Assembly (NCBI RefSeq): GCF_036321535.1
Contig: NC_087437.1
Coordinates: 25,794,001 to 25,858,000 of the forward strand
Length of the DNA stretch: 64,000 nt
Direction of reading: 5' to 3'
DNA from: Camelus dromedarius
Lineage: Eukaryota
Shown: piece after piece, positions 11,576-23,045 of the stretch
How the letters are laid out: each line of letters opens with the position of its first letter
How positions within the stretch are numbered: the first letter of the stretch is position 1
Notes under the pieces: generated by a model
Told to the model about the DNA's origin: nothing
Databases searched by the model: none
What the model saw: only the letters and a program-made list of their open reading frames with translations
Translations under genes and position numbers: made by a program

Positions 11576-14500
11576 TATTCCCTATTTCTACTGCTGAGAC
11601 TAAAACAGTTGCCTCTGCACTAAAGGAAGATGAGAGTATTTTTTGCAGAAGTCCACTGTTTGTCTTCATCTTCCCGTCAGGGTATCTTTCATCACCTCCT
11701 CTCATTGAGTTAAAGGAAGTAGTGTAATCCTTCCAGAAAGTCAGTGTAAATTCTCAACTCCAGTAAGTGAATCACATTCTAAAGTAGATCCAGCTGCTTG
11801 AAATCCACACAACTGTAATAGTGTAAAGAGAATCTAATTTCTAGTCTAGAAGAATACTAGACTTTGTTGCAAGATCATAGTGTGGATACCAGACAGTAGT
11901 GTGCCGTGGTAAATTACCCAGGTTACAATTTTAGAATTTCAGACTTATTAATGCTCTGGTAGAGACCAACTTGGATCATCTACCTTGTTCTAGAACCAAG
12001 AGGTACTAGAGGAGTTGATGAATTAGTTGTAAAGAAGCAAGAATATGTGGAAAGTGCTCAACTGGAAAGCACTTCCTGCTTTTTCAGCCAGAATCTGAAG
12101 CCACGGAGAGATCTTTCTGTGCCTGGTAGCACACTCATCGTTCAGCAGCAGGGTCTCCAGGAGCTGCGTCTCTGTAAGGTATTCCGCTTACTGGCTCGTT
12201 AGCGGCGAAGGATTGAATTTTCTGTCAGTAGAAATGCTTAATTGAAGGAGTTAAAAATCCAACTGTGTAGATGGAAACTTACAGTTATTCTCAATACATT
12301 ATTGAAATTCAACAGAAGAGTAAGTCCTCAGCTCTCAAATGAAAGGTCTTTGGCTTGGTGTGTTACAGATAAGCTTTACTTAACTCATCAAAGAAAGCTC
12401 ACTGTGCCATGGGAGCCTGCTCCTCTCTGGAGGGGTTTACTGTCCTGTTGAATCCACACCTGTGTGACTTAAAGGCTTACTGAACTTACACTTTGTATTA
12501 ACACAATATTTCTTTGCGAGCTACATCCTTTTCTAATGCTTTGCTTGCTTTGCTCCACGTTCTCAGTGCAGTGCCCGATTTTGTATAGATGTCACACCAT
12601 AGGCACCAAGAGGAACACTTTCAGATGTTTCCTTTCACCTTACCATACCTTTTCTAATATCCACAGGTATCCTCCCATAACCCCAAACCCCCAGTTTTAC
12701 TGAGCAGGGAGTCTTAAGTCCCAGCATTTTTAGACTGGTATTAAAGTACACCCGTTTGCAGATGACTGTATCTCTGTCTGAATGTCTTGCAAGTCCTGCT
12801 TAATCTCTTGCATACATTCAACAAGAACTGATGGGGCCTGGTGTCCACTGACAAGCCGCATGGGCGCTGATGGCTGAGCATTTGCAGCTGCTTCCGCAGC
12901 CCTTCTAATAGGAAAGAATGTGGCTGTCGGGCTTCTAATCACCAGCCCTCTAATCACACCCCTCCCATGCCTCTGGCCAAGAGAATCGTCCTAATATGGC
13001 AATTGTGCTAGGTACCCTGACTTTTCTTTTCTTCCCAAACATCTAGAGTGTTAGAATTTAAAACTAGTGACTTCATACCTAATCATGGCTGGCATTTAAT
13101 TTCCCACAGTGAAGTGTTTAAGTTCCTATACTGTTGTTAATATTTGCAAACTATCTTGGCACTTTCTTCGTAGGTGAAGTTACATGTTTCCTGAAAGGTT
13201 GTACAATAGCTGTTGTGAAATACATATACACTAACATTTGATAGAATGTGACACAGTAAGGTCAACCTCAGGACTCAGCAGTGAGAAGGGAAGAGAGAGA
13301 TCATGATTTCATAGCTACTAACCAGCAATGTTGTCTCCACATACTCGTGTGCAACAAAGCTGATGCACTTGACTCTTAATCTGAAGAAATCAATCTGAGA
13401 TTTATTTCCTTTTCCACCATGGCTCCAAAGTATCCTAAATTAGGGGTGCTTGTACAGTGGAAGACAAGGTGTAGTGCTTGAACATTTCTGATAAATTTCA
13501 TCTGTATGTGTCAGTTTCAGAAACCTAAGTGAAAAGGATTCATATTTTTCAACTTAAAGTATCCATTTTTGAAAAATCTTGGAATTCATTACTGTAAACT
13601 AAATACCCTAAACTTTTTTTTTTTTAGAGAAATGAAATGTTGGTCTGTGGTTGTATTTTCAGAAAAAAATAGAGAGTAAATTAGTGATAGAATCTAGGTA
13701 TGGTTTTAATTTCAGCGGAATCCAAGATCTGCTTTGAGGTCATTATACCCATGTGTTCCATATCCCAGTTCTAAGTGTTCACTGAAGATCTTTTTTCTGT
13801 GCTTGGAGATGTAGTGAACCAGGAGAGTATGATAAAGTTTTAAAATAATTTTTATCAGAAAAGACTTGGTGCTAAATTCTGTTAAGTGTAAAATTGACCC
13901 CAGTGCTGCCTTCCCTAATATTCATAATTGTTAGGCTTCAAGCTGGACCTGCCCAAAAAAGGAATGAAGGAGAGAGGTATATTCTCATACAGTACTTGTC
14001 TTGTTCAAACCAAGTGAGCTCAGAAATTCAGGTGTGCCTCACCTGGTTTCCTGACTTGATAGGTTCCACTCTGACAGCTGCCTGTGTTGGGCTTTCTCAG
14101 GCTGCTTGTGGCCCTTAAGCTATTTTATCAATTGCTTTGAAAATTACTCTGTTCTCCTGCATTTCTGTCATTTCATTGCTATGTTGGGTAGTAAGTATCT
14201 TGAATAAGTAAAGATGACAAGCAAAAGTATGTAATAGCAAAATCAGTGAGCACACACAAATTTTATCTTTAGAGCTATGTTTATAATGACCCAGGAGTTT
14301 TTTTTTTTGTTTTTTGTTTTTTTTTTTAACTTAGCCATCTGTTTCTAGCCTTGTAACCAGCACAGATCATGAGTCCCATGAGAAACAGAAGAGGGAAGGA
14401 CTAAAGTGTTACACATGTACAGGCTGTTAGGCTGGCTGTTCTACTTACTTTTTCACTTATTTCTCAGCAGTCCTAGGAAGTAGCCATCCATCCATTCATG

Positions 14501-14949
14501 TGTTCAGAGGGTATTTACTGAAGGCCCGCTGTATAGCTAGTTTTGGGCACCTGCCATCATTACAGTTAGGGCGGCAGCTTGCCCAGTGTCCCCGAGCTGG
14601 TGGCAGACTCAGGTCTGAACCAGACAGTCTTTCTTGACTGCATGGCTGGGTTGTGTGAGCGTAGTTTTCTTCCTCCTTTCGCACTTATCCCACACTGCAA
14701 CATTTACAAAAATGTATCCTGAGAATGATACAGGAGGGAGGAAAACCTCTGTCACACTGGCCTGATTACAGATTAATTACTTACAATTAGTTCCCCTGAG
14801 TAGAGAAAGCAGCTGGTGTTTTCCTCATTTTAGAGATGAAGACACAGCAGCTCACGTCTTCTGTCTGCAGCTACTGTTCCTCCCCTCTGAACCAGAGTAT
14901 CTAGAAATACTTTATCTTTTTATTTTGTATTGTTAAAATATTAAATGCA

Positions 14950-15220
14950 TTTTATTTTATTAATGAGGTATAGTTAATGTACAATACTATGAAAGTTTCA
15001 AGTGTACAATATAGTGAGTCACAATTTTTAAAGGTTATACTCCATTTATAGTTCTTATAAAATATTGGCTACATTCCCTTTGCTCTACAATATATACTTG
15101 TAGCTTGTTTATTTTGTACATAGTAGGTTGTATGTCTTAATCCCCTAACCTTATCCTGACCCTGCCCTCTTCCTTCTTCCCACTGGTAACCTAACCACTA
15201 GTTCTCATTATCTGTCTTTT
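14950..15220 (-). mobile_element. LINE-1 3' end fragment
   Basis: ttttattaatgaggtatagttaatgtacaatac...tcttcccactggtaacc...accactagtt. Confidence 0.75.
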
Positions 15221-16145
15221 TAAATCAGCACAGTTGATAGTTGTTTTCTGGGTCTAGAAGTATTCTCAGAATTGATTTCCCTTTCCTATATCTCTATAAT
15301 CTCCGTAGTATTTTTTTTTTTTTTAAAAAGAATCATTTCATCTCCTAATCTGGGGAAGATGGTAAGTTTAAGGGCCAGGGAATAGATTGGTAAATGATAC
15401 AGGTTTTATCCCTACTTCTATAAAGCTTATATTCTATGGAACCATAGAATATAAGCCTAATCACACAATTAATTATGTAATTATGATTCTGATAAATTCA
15501 GAGTGCAACGAGAATCTAGGAGGACCTGCCTTAGAATGGAAAGTGAAATTTAAATCATGCATAAATGTTTTCTTGCATCTATGTAACTATTTAATAGTTT
15601 GATTACTTTTAAAAAATCTTTTTTTAAGGTGGAAAATAAAAGCTGTAATATGAAATGGTAAAATAAATCAATTGTTCTCGGCTTACATGGATTGAGGCCA
15701 GTGAGATACAGTGATGCTGAGATCAGAGCTCCAAGTACCTGGATTTCCGTGAGCCACCTGGGGTTAATCCGATGATCCTTAGTAAACCTCATGGAAATAT
15801 CCCCAAGAGCTGGGCAGTCCGTGAACTGTAACTTAGTATCCTTGGCATTGCTCTTTAGGCAGGAATGGTGATGCCTGCCAAGCAAGTCAGTGTTAAGGAG
15901 TGAGTCACAGTTTCATTTCAGCACTTGTCTTATACTTCTATTGTATATGTATTTTTTTGCTTTGAATTACTTGTTTGATACCTGTTCTTCTGTCCCCTTA
16001 TTAGGTTGAGAACCATTTTGAGAGTTGGAATCTATCTTATTCATCAGCGTATAATGCCTGTACCTAATTTATATAACTTCAGGCATTTTATATAGAAATG
16101 ACATTTCTCAGAATTACATTCTCTGATATAATAAAATAAATAAAT

Positions 16146-16263
16146 AAGGAGTCATTCTCTGTAAGGATTTGTTTCAGAGGTTAAATGACTGTGTCGTTAC
16201 AATAAATGCATCTTTAATTAAAACAAAGTCAAACTATTTTTTTAAAAAAAGGAGTCATTCTCT
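16146..16263 (+). mobile_element. Short TSD-flanked retro-insertion of unknown origin
   Basis: Perfect 15-bp direct repeat AAGGAGTCATTCTCT at 16146-16160 and 16249-16263; internal AATAAA 16201-16206 and short A tail. Confidence 0.6.
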
Positions 16264-16276
16264 AAAAGACGCTAGA

Positions 16277-16430
16277 CCAGTGCTTTTCAAATTTTAATAT
16301 GTAAACAAATCATCTGGGGATTCAGATGTGTTCTGATTCTGGAGTTCTGGCGTGGGGCTTAGCATTCTGCATTTCTGTCAAGCTCCCAGGTGATCCCTTG
16401 CTACTGGAACCTGAACCTTGCTTTGAGTAG
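16277..16430. mobile_element. MER5A-like DNA transposon
   Basis: ccagtgcttttcaaatttt...tggggcttagcattctgcatttctgtcaagctcccaggtgat...ctttgagtag. Confidence 0.7.
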
Positions 16431-17779
16431 GATTTTAAGGGAACATTTTTTGCGGCTGAGATACTAGGGTTCATGTTTTAAGCCAAAATTGACCCACCCT
16501 CCCTGCTAGCCACAGAAGGCAAGCCAGCTGCCAACAAACTATGGAAAAGCATACAGACTACGTAAGCATTGAACAAGTGCACAAATTTAAAAGACAGCAC
16601 TGAACTCCATTTCTGTCTCATAAAATCATGAGCCCAGTTTCTGATCAGTGCTGTAATGTGTCCATGGTTACCAGGCTCATGACTCCAGTCAGAAGGCCTG
16701 GAAAATACTGAGTGTTTGTAAGGTTGTTACTAGCACTTGGCCAGCTGGAGGGAAGGAAGATGGAGAATCTGATATTTGCTTTTGGTTGCAAAACAGGTGC
16801 CGTGTGTCTCTTGTTCCATTTCCTTTCTCTCTTATCTCTCACCTGGGCCGCCACCCCAAGCCTGCTGGATCACAGCTGCTGGCACTTCTGCTAATCAGGC
16901 TTGTTGGTTCTGAGATGATTGAGGTTAAAAGTGTCTTATCCTGTCAGAATAAATAAAGCTGGCTCCAGAAGTCTGACTAGAAGGTAGTAGACAAAAGTCC
17001 TGGGGCTTTTGTAGTGAAGATTCAGTAGTCTTGAATGCATCTTTGTATGTTTTGTAGCACAAATGTGCTTAACTTAGCATTTTGCTTTAAATTGTGCTCT
17101 AATTTAGGGACTTTGGAAGAGAGGGTATTGATAACACCACGCATAGATTTTGCTGGTGAAACTAAAACATTTGCCTGATCTTGAGACATGGAATTGTGCA
17201 TTTGGTAAAAAGGTGGTTAGAATGCTGAATTTAAAAACTATTTAAGAAGCCACAGACTTCTAGGTGGTGTTTAATTCTATTTTTAATGTACAACTTTGGG
17301 CTAAAAGGTGACCCTTTGTAGTCACATAATGAAGCCAGTGGCCATGGGAGTTTCACGGTCTGTATGTCCTGTCCCCTCCAGAGGCAGGGTCCTTGCTGAG
17401 TGTTTAGGGATTTGCTGCCTGAATGGACACCGCTGATTCACACGTCTCCTGCCCTGCCTTTCCCACGTCTTTCCTGTTTCCTTTCCTACCAGTGCTTCTC
17501 AGCCGCATTTTGGCAAGGCTGAGGGACTGATAGTATTTGTAGGGTACCTGAGGGTGAATGGAAGTGGCCTTTTGTGGCCAGAGGCAGCCAGCCAGGGGCT
17601 CTGAGGGATCAACAGCTCCGACTCCTGTTCCCCAGGCTCACTCTGTTGGACTGGGAAGCTCTGCTTTACAGCTGCTGCTCCGACCTTCATGGAGTTAGAT
17701 TTCTTCACTGCATTACATGTGGTCAGCAGTGGAATTGCTTAATCTCAAAAAGGTCTTTGAAAGTGGTGTAAAAAAAACA

Positions 17780-19250
17780 AGTAGTAGAAAAATACATAGT
17801 ATGATACCCAATTTTACAAAGTTCAAGAATAAGTGAAAACATATATTGTCCGGAGGTATACACCTATGTGATAAAGGAAATGGGGATGATTACAAACAAA
17901 ATTCATGAAAAGTAGTCACTCCTGGGGAACGGGGCAGTGCGATTAGAATGGGGAGCCCACACAGAGAATTTAAACAGTATTGTTCATGTCAGAGTTCTGA
18001 AATTGGACACTGGATATAGTATTATTTAGTTCTATTATTGGTATACTTTATAACCTACATGTATATTTTTCTTTTGATAATATACTTAATAATGAAAATA
18101 AGTTAACAAGCAAAAATGTTTAGAAAGAAAAGGTGTTAGCACAATTCCCATTCTTGCTCCTATTTATATTATTAATATTTTAGAATTACAGAAATAATGT
18201 AACAATAGTAAGGAAGAGTCGGGGGGAGGGAATGTCTGTTAACACCAATCCCCTCACACAATTACTGTTGTTTGGTTTATTTTCTTCCACTAGGAATGTT
18301 TATGTTCTTAGTTAGAATCGTGATGTATGTTGCTGTGTATCTTTCTGTTACACAGTGGACTGATGGTCTTTAAAGCCATTAGTTTTAATGTCTGAATAGT
18401 ATTTCCATGAGTGGTTAGTATCACGGTGTACTGGCCTTTCCTTTATGGTGGAATATTCAAGTTATTTCAACTTTTCTGCTCTGGGAGAACATCTTCAAGG
18501 TTCTTGCATTCATTCCACAAATATCTTGCCCATGTGTAAAGCATGCTGCTGTGTGTTAGAAATGCAGCAGGAAGCAGAAAGAGCCATCATCTCTGTCCTC
18601 GTGGAATTTAGAATCTAATGACTAAGTTCTTTATTGTATTTTTTAGCCACAGTAATCTCAGACTTTTAAAAAATCTTTTTGAGAGAATTGTAGATTTATA
18701 CACAATTGTTAAAAACAATATAGAGAGATCCCATGTATTCTTCACCCAGTTTCCCCCCGTGGTAACATCTTGCATAACTAATTCCACAGCAGGAACTGAT
18801 ACAGTCCACCAGTCTTATTCAGGCTTCACGTGTATTCTTTGGTGTGTGTATGTTTTCTATACAGTTTTATCACATGTGTAGGTTGGTGTGACAGAACAGT
18901 TCTATCACTAGGATCCCTTGTGTGATCTTTTTGTCACCGTGGCCACCTGTCTCTCTCTTCCCCTCCCTAACCCCAGCAACCACAGATCTGTTCTCTGTCT
19001 TTATAATTCTGTCATGTGAGGGATGATATATGAATGGATCAAATAGTATGTAACCTTGCAGGGTGGGAGTTTTTCACTCAGCATCATTCTCTTGAGATCC
19101 ATCTAAGTTGCTGTGGTATCAAAAACTTGTGCCTTTTTATTGCTGAGTAATATGCCGTTGTATGGAGGTGTCACATTCATACACCTGTTGAAGGACACTG
19201 GGCTCTTTCCAGTTTTGTATTATTACAAATAAAGCTGCTGTCAACAGTTC
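17780..19250. mobile_element. Cluster of old L1M fragments (+ strand ~17780-18120; - strand ~18370-18500 and ~18670-19250)
   Basis: e.g. ttcacccagtttccccccgtggtaacatcttgcataact; ttttcactcagcatcattctcttgagatccatctaagttg. Confidence 0.65.
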
Positions 19251-20559
19251 CTCAACCTTTATTTTGATGTTTATGTGTAAAAGGAAATCAGTAAGACGTT
19301 AGGCCTCTGTACCTCAGCCATCATTGTCTATGCCCACATTTGAGATCACTTCCCAGAATCCAGAGTAAGCCTCTGATGAACGGTATAGGGTCATGGCTTT
19401 ACTATTTTGTGTCTCAGAATACATTAATTTGTCTGTTTAGTTAAAATCTTCTATATAGCTGAAGGTTCATGTAACAAGTAAAGCATATCCTGATGTCATC
19501 TTATTGTCCTTCAAAACTTTCAAGGGTGAAACCTTGATTTGCTTTTGAACTGTTTGTCCCTTGAGGACTGGGGACCTGTCAGGGCCTCTTTGTACAGGGA
19601 GGGTACGCCTTAGACATGTGCTCAGTGACTGTCTTTGATCCATAGAGTTGGTTGAGGGTATCTGGAAAGGAGGGGATCCACAGAGGATGGGTAAGGTACG
19701 TTTGGACTTTAAACCTAAGGCCCCCATCTTACTACTTAGCTCCAAATATTAAATAAACCTTCAGATTTTTAAAGTCTCTTTCAGAACCAAAAAAAACAAA
19801 TAGTTATGACAGCCAGTTGGACATGTGTGTCAGAAAGGAAAGAAGGTCTGAGGGCAGAGCAGAGCAAAGTGCAAGGTAACTGCACAGTATGCCAGCCTCA
19901 TCCGCTGAAAGAGCAGGGCCCTCCCTGCCCACTGCCCCCCACACATACGTGCACACTCCCGGGCTGCTGCATGGGAGGCTCTGGTTCTGTGCCTGTTTTC
20001 TGAAATCTCATGAGCCTAAGGCAGAAAGCGCATGGGCTCCTTGGCAGAATGCATTTTCAGGCGTCTTAGTGACTCTTGGGTTACATGTGTGTCTATGATT
20101 TAGGTCAGACACTTAGCTGTTTGGATTCTGATTGTTTCTACTTATTTTGAATGGATAGCCATGGTCCTCACTTTCCAAGGGAGGCCTGACATCCAGGAAC
20201 CCCCAAGGTCTGAGCAAGCTCTGTGCTCTGTGGCTGACATTGCCCGGTGTTGGCTGACCCCAGAGGCTTGGTCAGTGGCAGAAGGTGTGCCAGGGCACTG
20301 TGGCCTTCTGTCATTGAGCCTTCTGTCCATGTTGGGGGCTCCAGAAACAATTATGTGGTTTGTTCTCTTTTGCTTTTGACTTCTTTTTCTGTCTCACTGC
20401 TGTTAACGTAACGTCTAAAATTTTTACCTGGGAGTAAAGTCTAAAGTCCGAGCCCGGTGAGGTCTAGTTGGTGCCTACCTCTCGGGAGATTTGCTTGTGG
20501 CCTGCGACCCCCACTCCACTCTGCAGTGCACTCACAGAGGCCACCTTCCAGGTCTTTCT

Positions 20560-20885
20560 GTAGCTGCATGTCTGCCCAACTCACGTCTTTGCTGCATGAC
20601 AGGTGTTCTGCCCGGGACACCACCTGCCCTCCTTCTCTCCACCTGCATTTGTTAAGTCCTCCAGTGCACCCCTCAGATCTCGGTTAAACACAACTTCCCC
20701 GACCCATCACATGAGGCCTCCATCCACTTCCACGTGAATCTTCACTTGCTGATAGCAGTGCTCCCACCCCCACCCCTACCCCACCCCAATGGCCGTGTCT
20801 CTGCTCGTCATTGACTCTCCAGCACCTCAGGCAGTGTCTGGCACATAGCAGCTGCCCAGTAAATATCTGTTGAATTAATTAATTA
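20560..20885 (+). mobile_element. L2 3' end
   Basis: ccagcacctcaggcagtgtctggcacatagcagctgcccagtaaatatctgttgaattaattaa, typical L2 terminus. Confidence 0.65.
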
Positions 20886-21051
20886 ACTCAAGGAAATGCC
20901 CCCCCCCCAAATGTCCTTAGTGGGTCTAACATGGAATTTCTTACTTTAGAAATGGAATTAGTACCTATTTGTAAAGGTCCAGTTAAGTATTCCTATAAAG
21001 TTACTGACCTGTCCTTGGAGTCTGTGACTATAATTTTTTTTTTTCTTTCAG

Positions 21052-21178
21052 GTGGGGACCAGGGTTTACTGAACACATTTTTTAGCAGCTGGGCAACAAC
21101 AGATATCAGAAAACACCTGCCATTTATTTATAACCTAAGCAGCATTTCTATATACTCCTACCTCCCAGCATTTAAAGC
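21052..21178 (+). CDS. GYG1: GYG1 coding exon 5 (autoglucosylated Tyr195, codon 21153-21155)
   Basis: tttcag|GTGGGGAC...AAAGC|gtaagt; [42 protein letters not shown]. Confidence 0.97.
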
Positions 21179-21784
21179 GTAAGTGCCAATGGTTTAAATG
21201 TGGGGGGCGGGGGGACCATGAGGGCAGGGGAGTGGGGTTTAAGATTTGGGGGGTGTCTCATTGTCATTCCGAGGGCAGAAACTGGTGGGGACTTTGAGGA
21301 AGGTCTTTCTCTTATAAGAGGCTTGGCTGTCATGGGGCCGAGCCTTGGCTGTTGTCTGTCACATTACGTTTGCAGTGACCCCGAGGGCACCTGCTGCCCG
21401 TGGGGAAAGGTTCCCGCCAGCTCCCGGGGTGCCTGGCCCTCTGATGAGTCTAGAACACAGACGCAGCACAAACCTAGCTTCTGCCTGGCGCCTGCTGCTG
21501 GGCTTCGGTTCTCTAAACGAGGATGCTGACGGCTCCCCCCACGGGAGTTCTGGGGGGTAAGCAAGGCGCTGGTCAGGGGTGGGTGTGGAGCTGGACCACC
21601 TCGGTTAGCGCCCTGGAGGCGCTGCTTCCTGGACGATGAGCAGTCAGCAGCAGCCCTGCAGACGCCGGGCTCCTGGCTGGGCTGCCCTCTGCCTCAGTGT
21701 CCTCCAAAGGTCGTTGTGAGCCTTAGGGAGGCAGCCGCGTGAGGAAGTAAGAGGAGGGCCTGGCCCGCCCTCCGTGGGGGGACG

Positions 21785-21968
21785 TGGCCTGGCAGGACCA
21801 CAGGCCAGTCGTCTCAGGCCGAGGGGCGGGCGCGCCCTGGCTCTGCCGCTCCCTCCCAGGGGCTCAGGCTGTGCCGCAGGTCCTCCGGTGCAGAGCCAGG
21901 AGGGAAAGGACACCTCCCACCTCGGCGTGTCGTGAGGATGAAGCGAGTTCATACACGTAAAGTGCTTG
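21785..21968 (+). mobile_element. MIR SINE, heavily GC-shifted
   Basis: cctggctctgccgct...ctgtgccgcaggtcctc...gtgtcgtgaggatgaagcgagttcatacacgtaaagtgctt is colinear with the MIR core. Confidence 0.7.
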
Positions 21969-22181
21969 CTGGACAGACGTTCGCAGTTTTTGGCAGCGTG
22001 CTTATTCCGCGCTGTTCTGGTGCGTTTCTAACTCAGCAGCTAATACCGCCTCGTTACAGCGCTTGTGTCACTGGCAGGGCCCAGGCCCTGTTCTTCAGCC
22101 TCTGACTCATGTGTGTGGAACCCAGAAGATGATTCTGGCTTCTTGAGTGGAGGCCAAGCTGTCAGGTTGATCCTGAGACAC

Positions 22182-22211
22182 AGCCGTGAGCCGTGAGCCG
22201 TGAGCCGTGAG
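22182..22211. repeat. 7-bp tandem repeat (AGCCGTG)x4
   Basis: agccgtg agccgtg agccgtg agccgtg ag read directly. Confidence 0.9.
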
Positions 22212-22697
22212 GCTCTACAGGGAGCTGGGCGGGGCTCTCCAGTCTCCATCCCGCGCGGGCATTACTGAGTGAGCAGAGAACAAAGGGCCTTTCACTTCTC
22301 ATGTTTCATTATCCAGAGTCTTCTCTCTAAGTCTTGTCCCCCACCCCCACCTCGGTAACAAGCATGTCTGGCTTTTTGTGGCAGAAATGTTTCCCTTTCT
22401 GTTCTTTTCTGGGCAGACTCTGTCAACACACCCCAGATAAAGATTCTAAGTGTCTATGTTCTTCCCTCCCGAACTGTTCTCTTGGCGTATGTCTCGGACA
22501 TAGTACAGCCTCTTGACTCTTCCTTTTCTAGAACAAAACAGGCAAACTCTCAAACGTATCAGCTGTAGTCTGAATAAAGCAAACAGAACAAGATTTACTA
22601 ACAATAGATGGAACAGGAGAAGCATTATTTTTTGCCTCTAGTCTGTGGCCTTGTAAAGTATAAGCCTGTCTTGCTTGAAAGTGTGGACCGATTCTTT

Positions 22698-23045
22698 TAT
22701 TTTTCATTTTTTAGTTTCAGGTATACAGCAAATTTTTTTTTTTCAGATAATAGGTTACTACAAGATTTTGAGTATAATTCCCTGTGCTGTACAGTAAACA
22801 TTTGTTGCGTATCTATTTTATGTATAGTTGTTTATATCTGTTAATCCCATACTCCTGATCTGTCTCTCCCCTCTGCTTTTCCCTATGGTACCCATAAATT
22901 TCTTTCCTATGTCTGTGAATCTGTTTTTGTTTTGTAAACAGATGTGGGTTCATTTGTATCATGTTTTCAATTCCACATAGAAGTGATATTATATATAAGT
23001 ATTTGTCTTTCTCTGTCTGACTTCACTAAGTATCATTTTCTCTGT
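22698..23045 (-). mobile_element. LINE-1 3' end fragment (same family as 1955-2950)
   Basis: ggttactacaagattttgagtataattccctgtgctgtacagt...; imperfect TSD tgtggacc-gattcttt / tgtagacctgattcttt. Confidence 0.8.
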
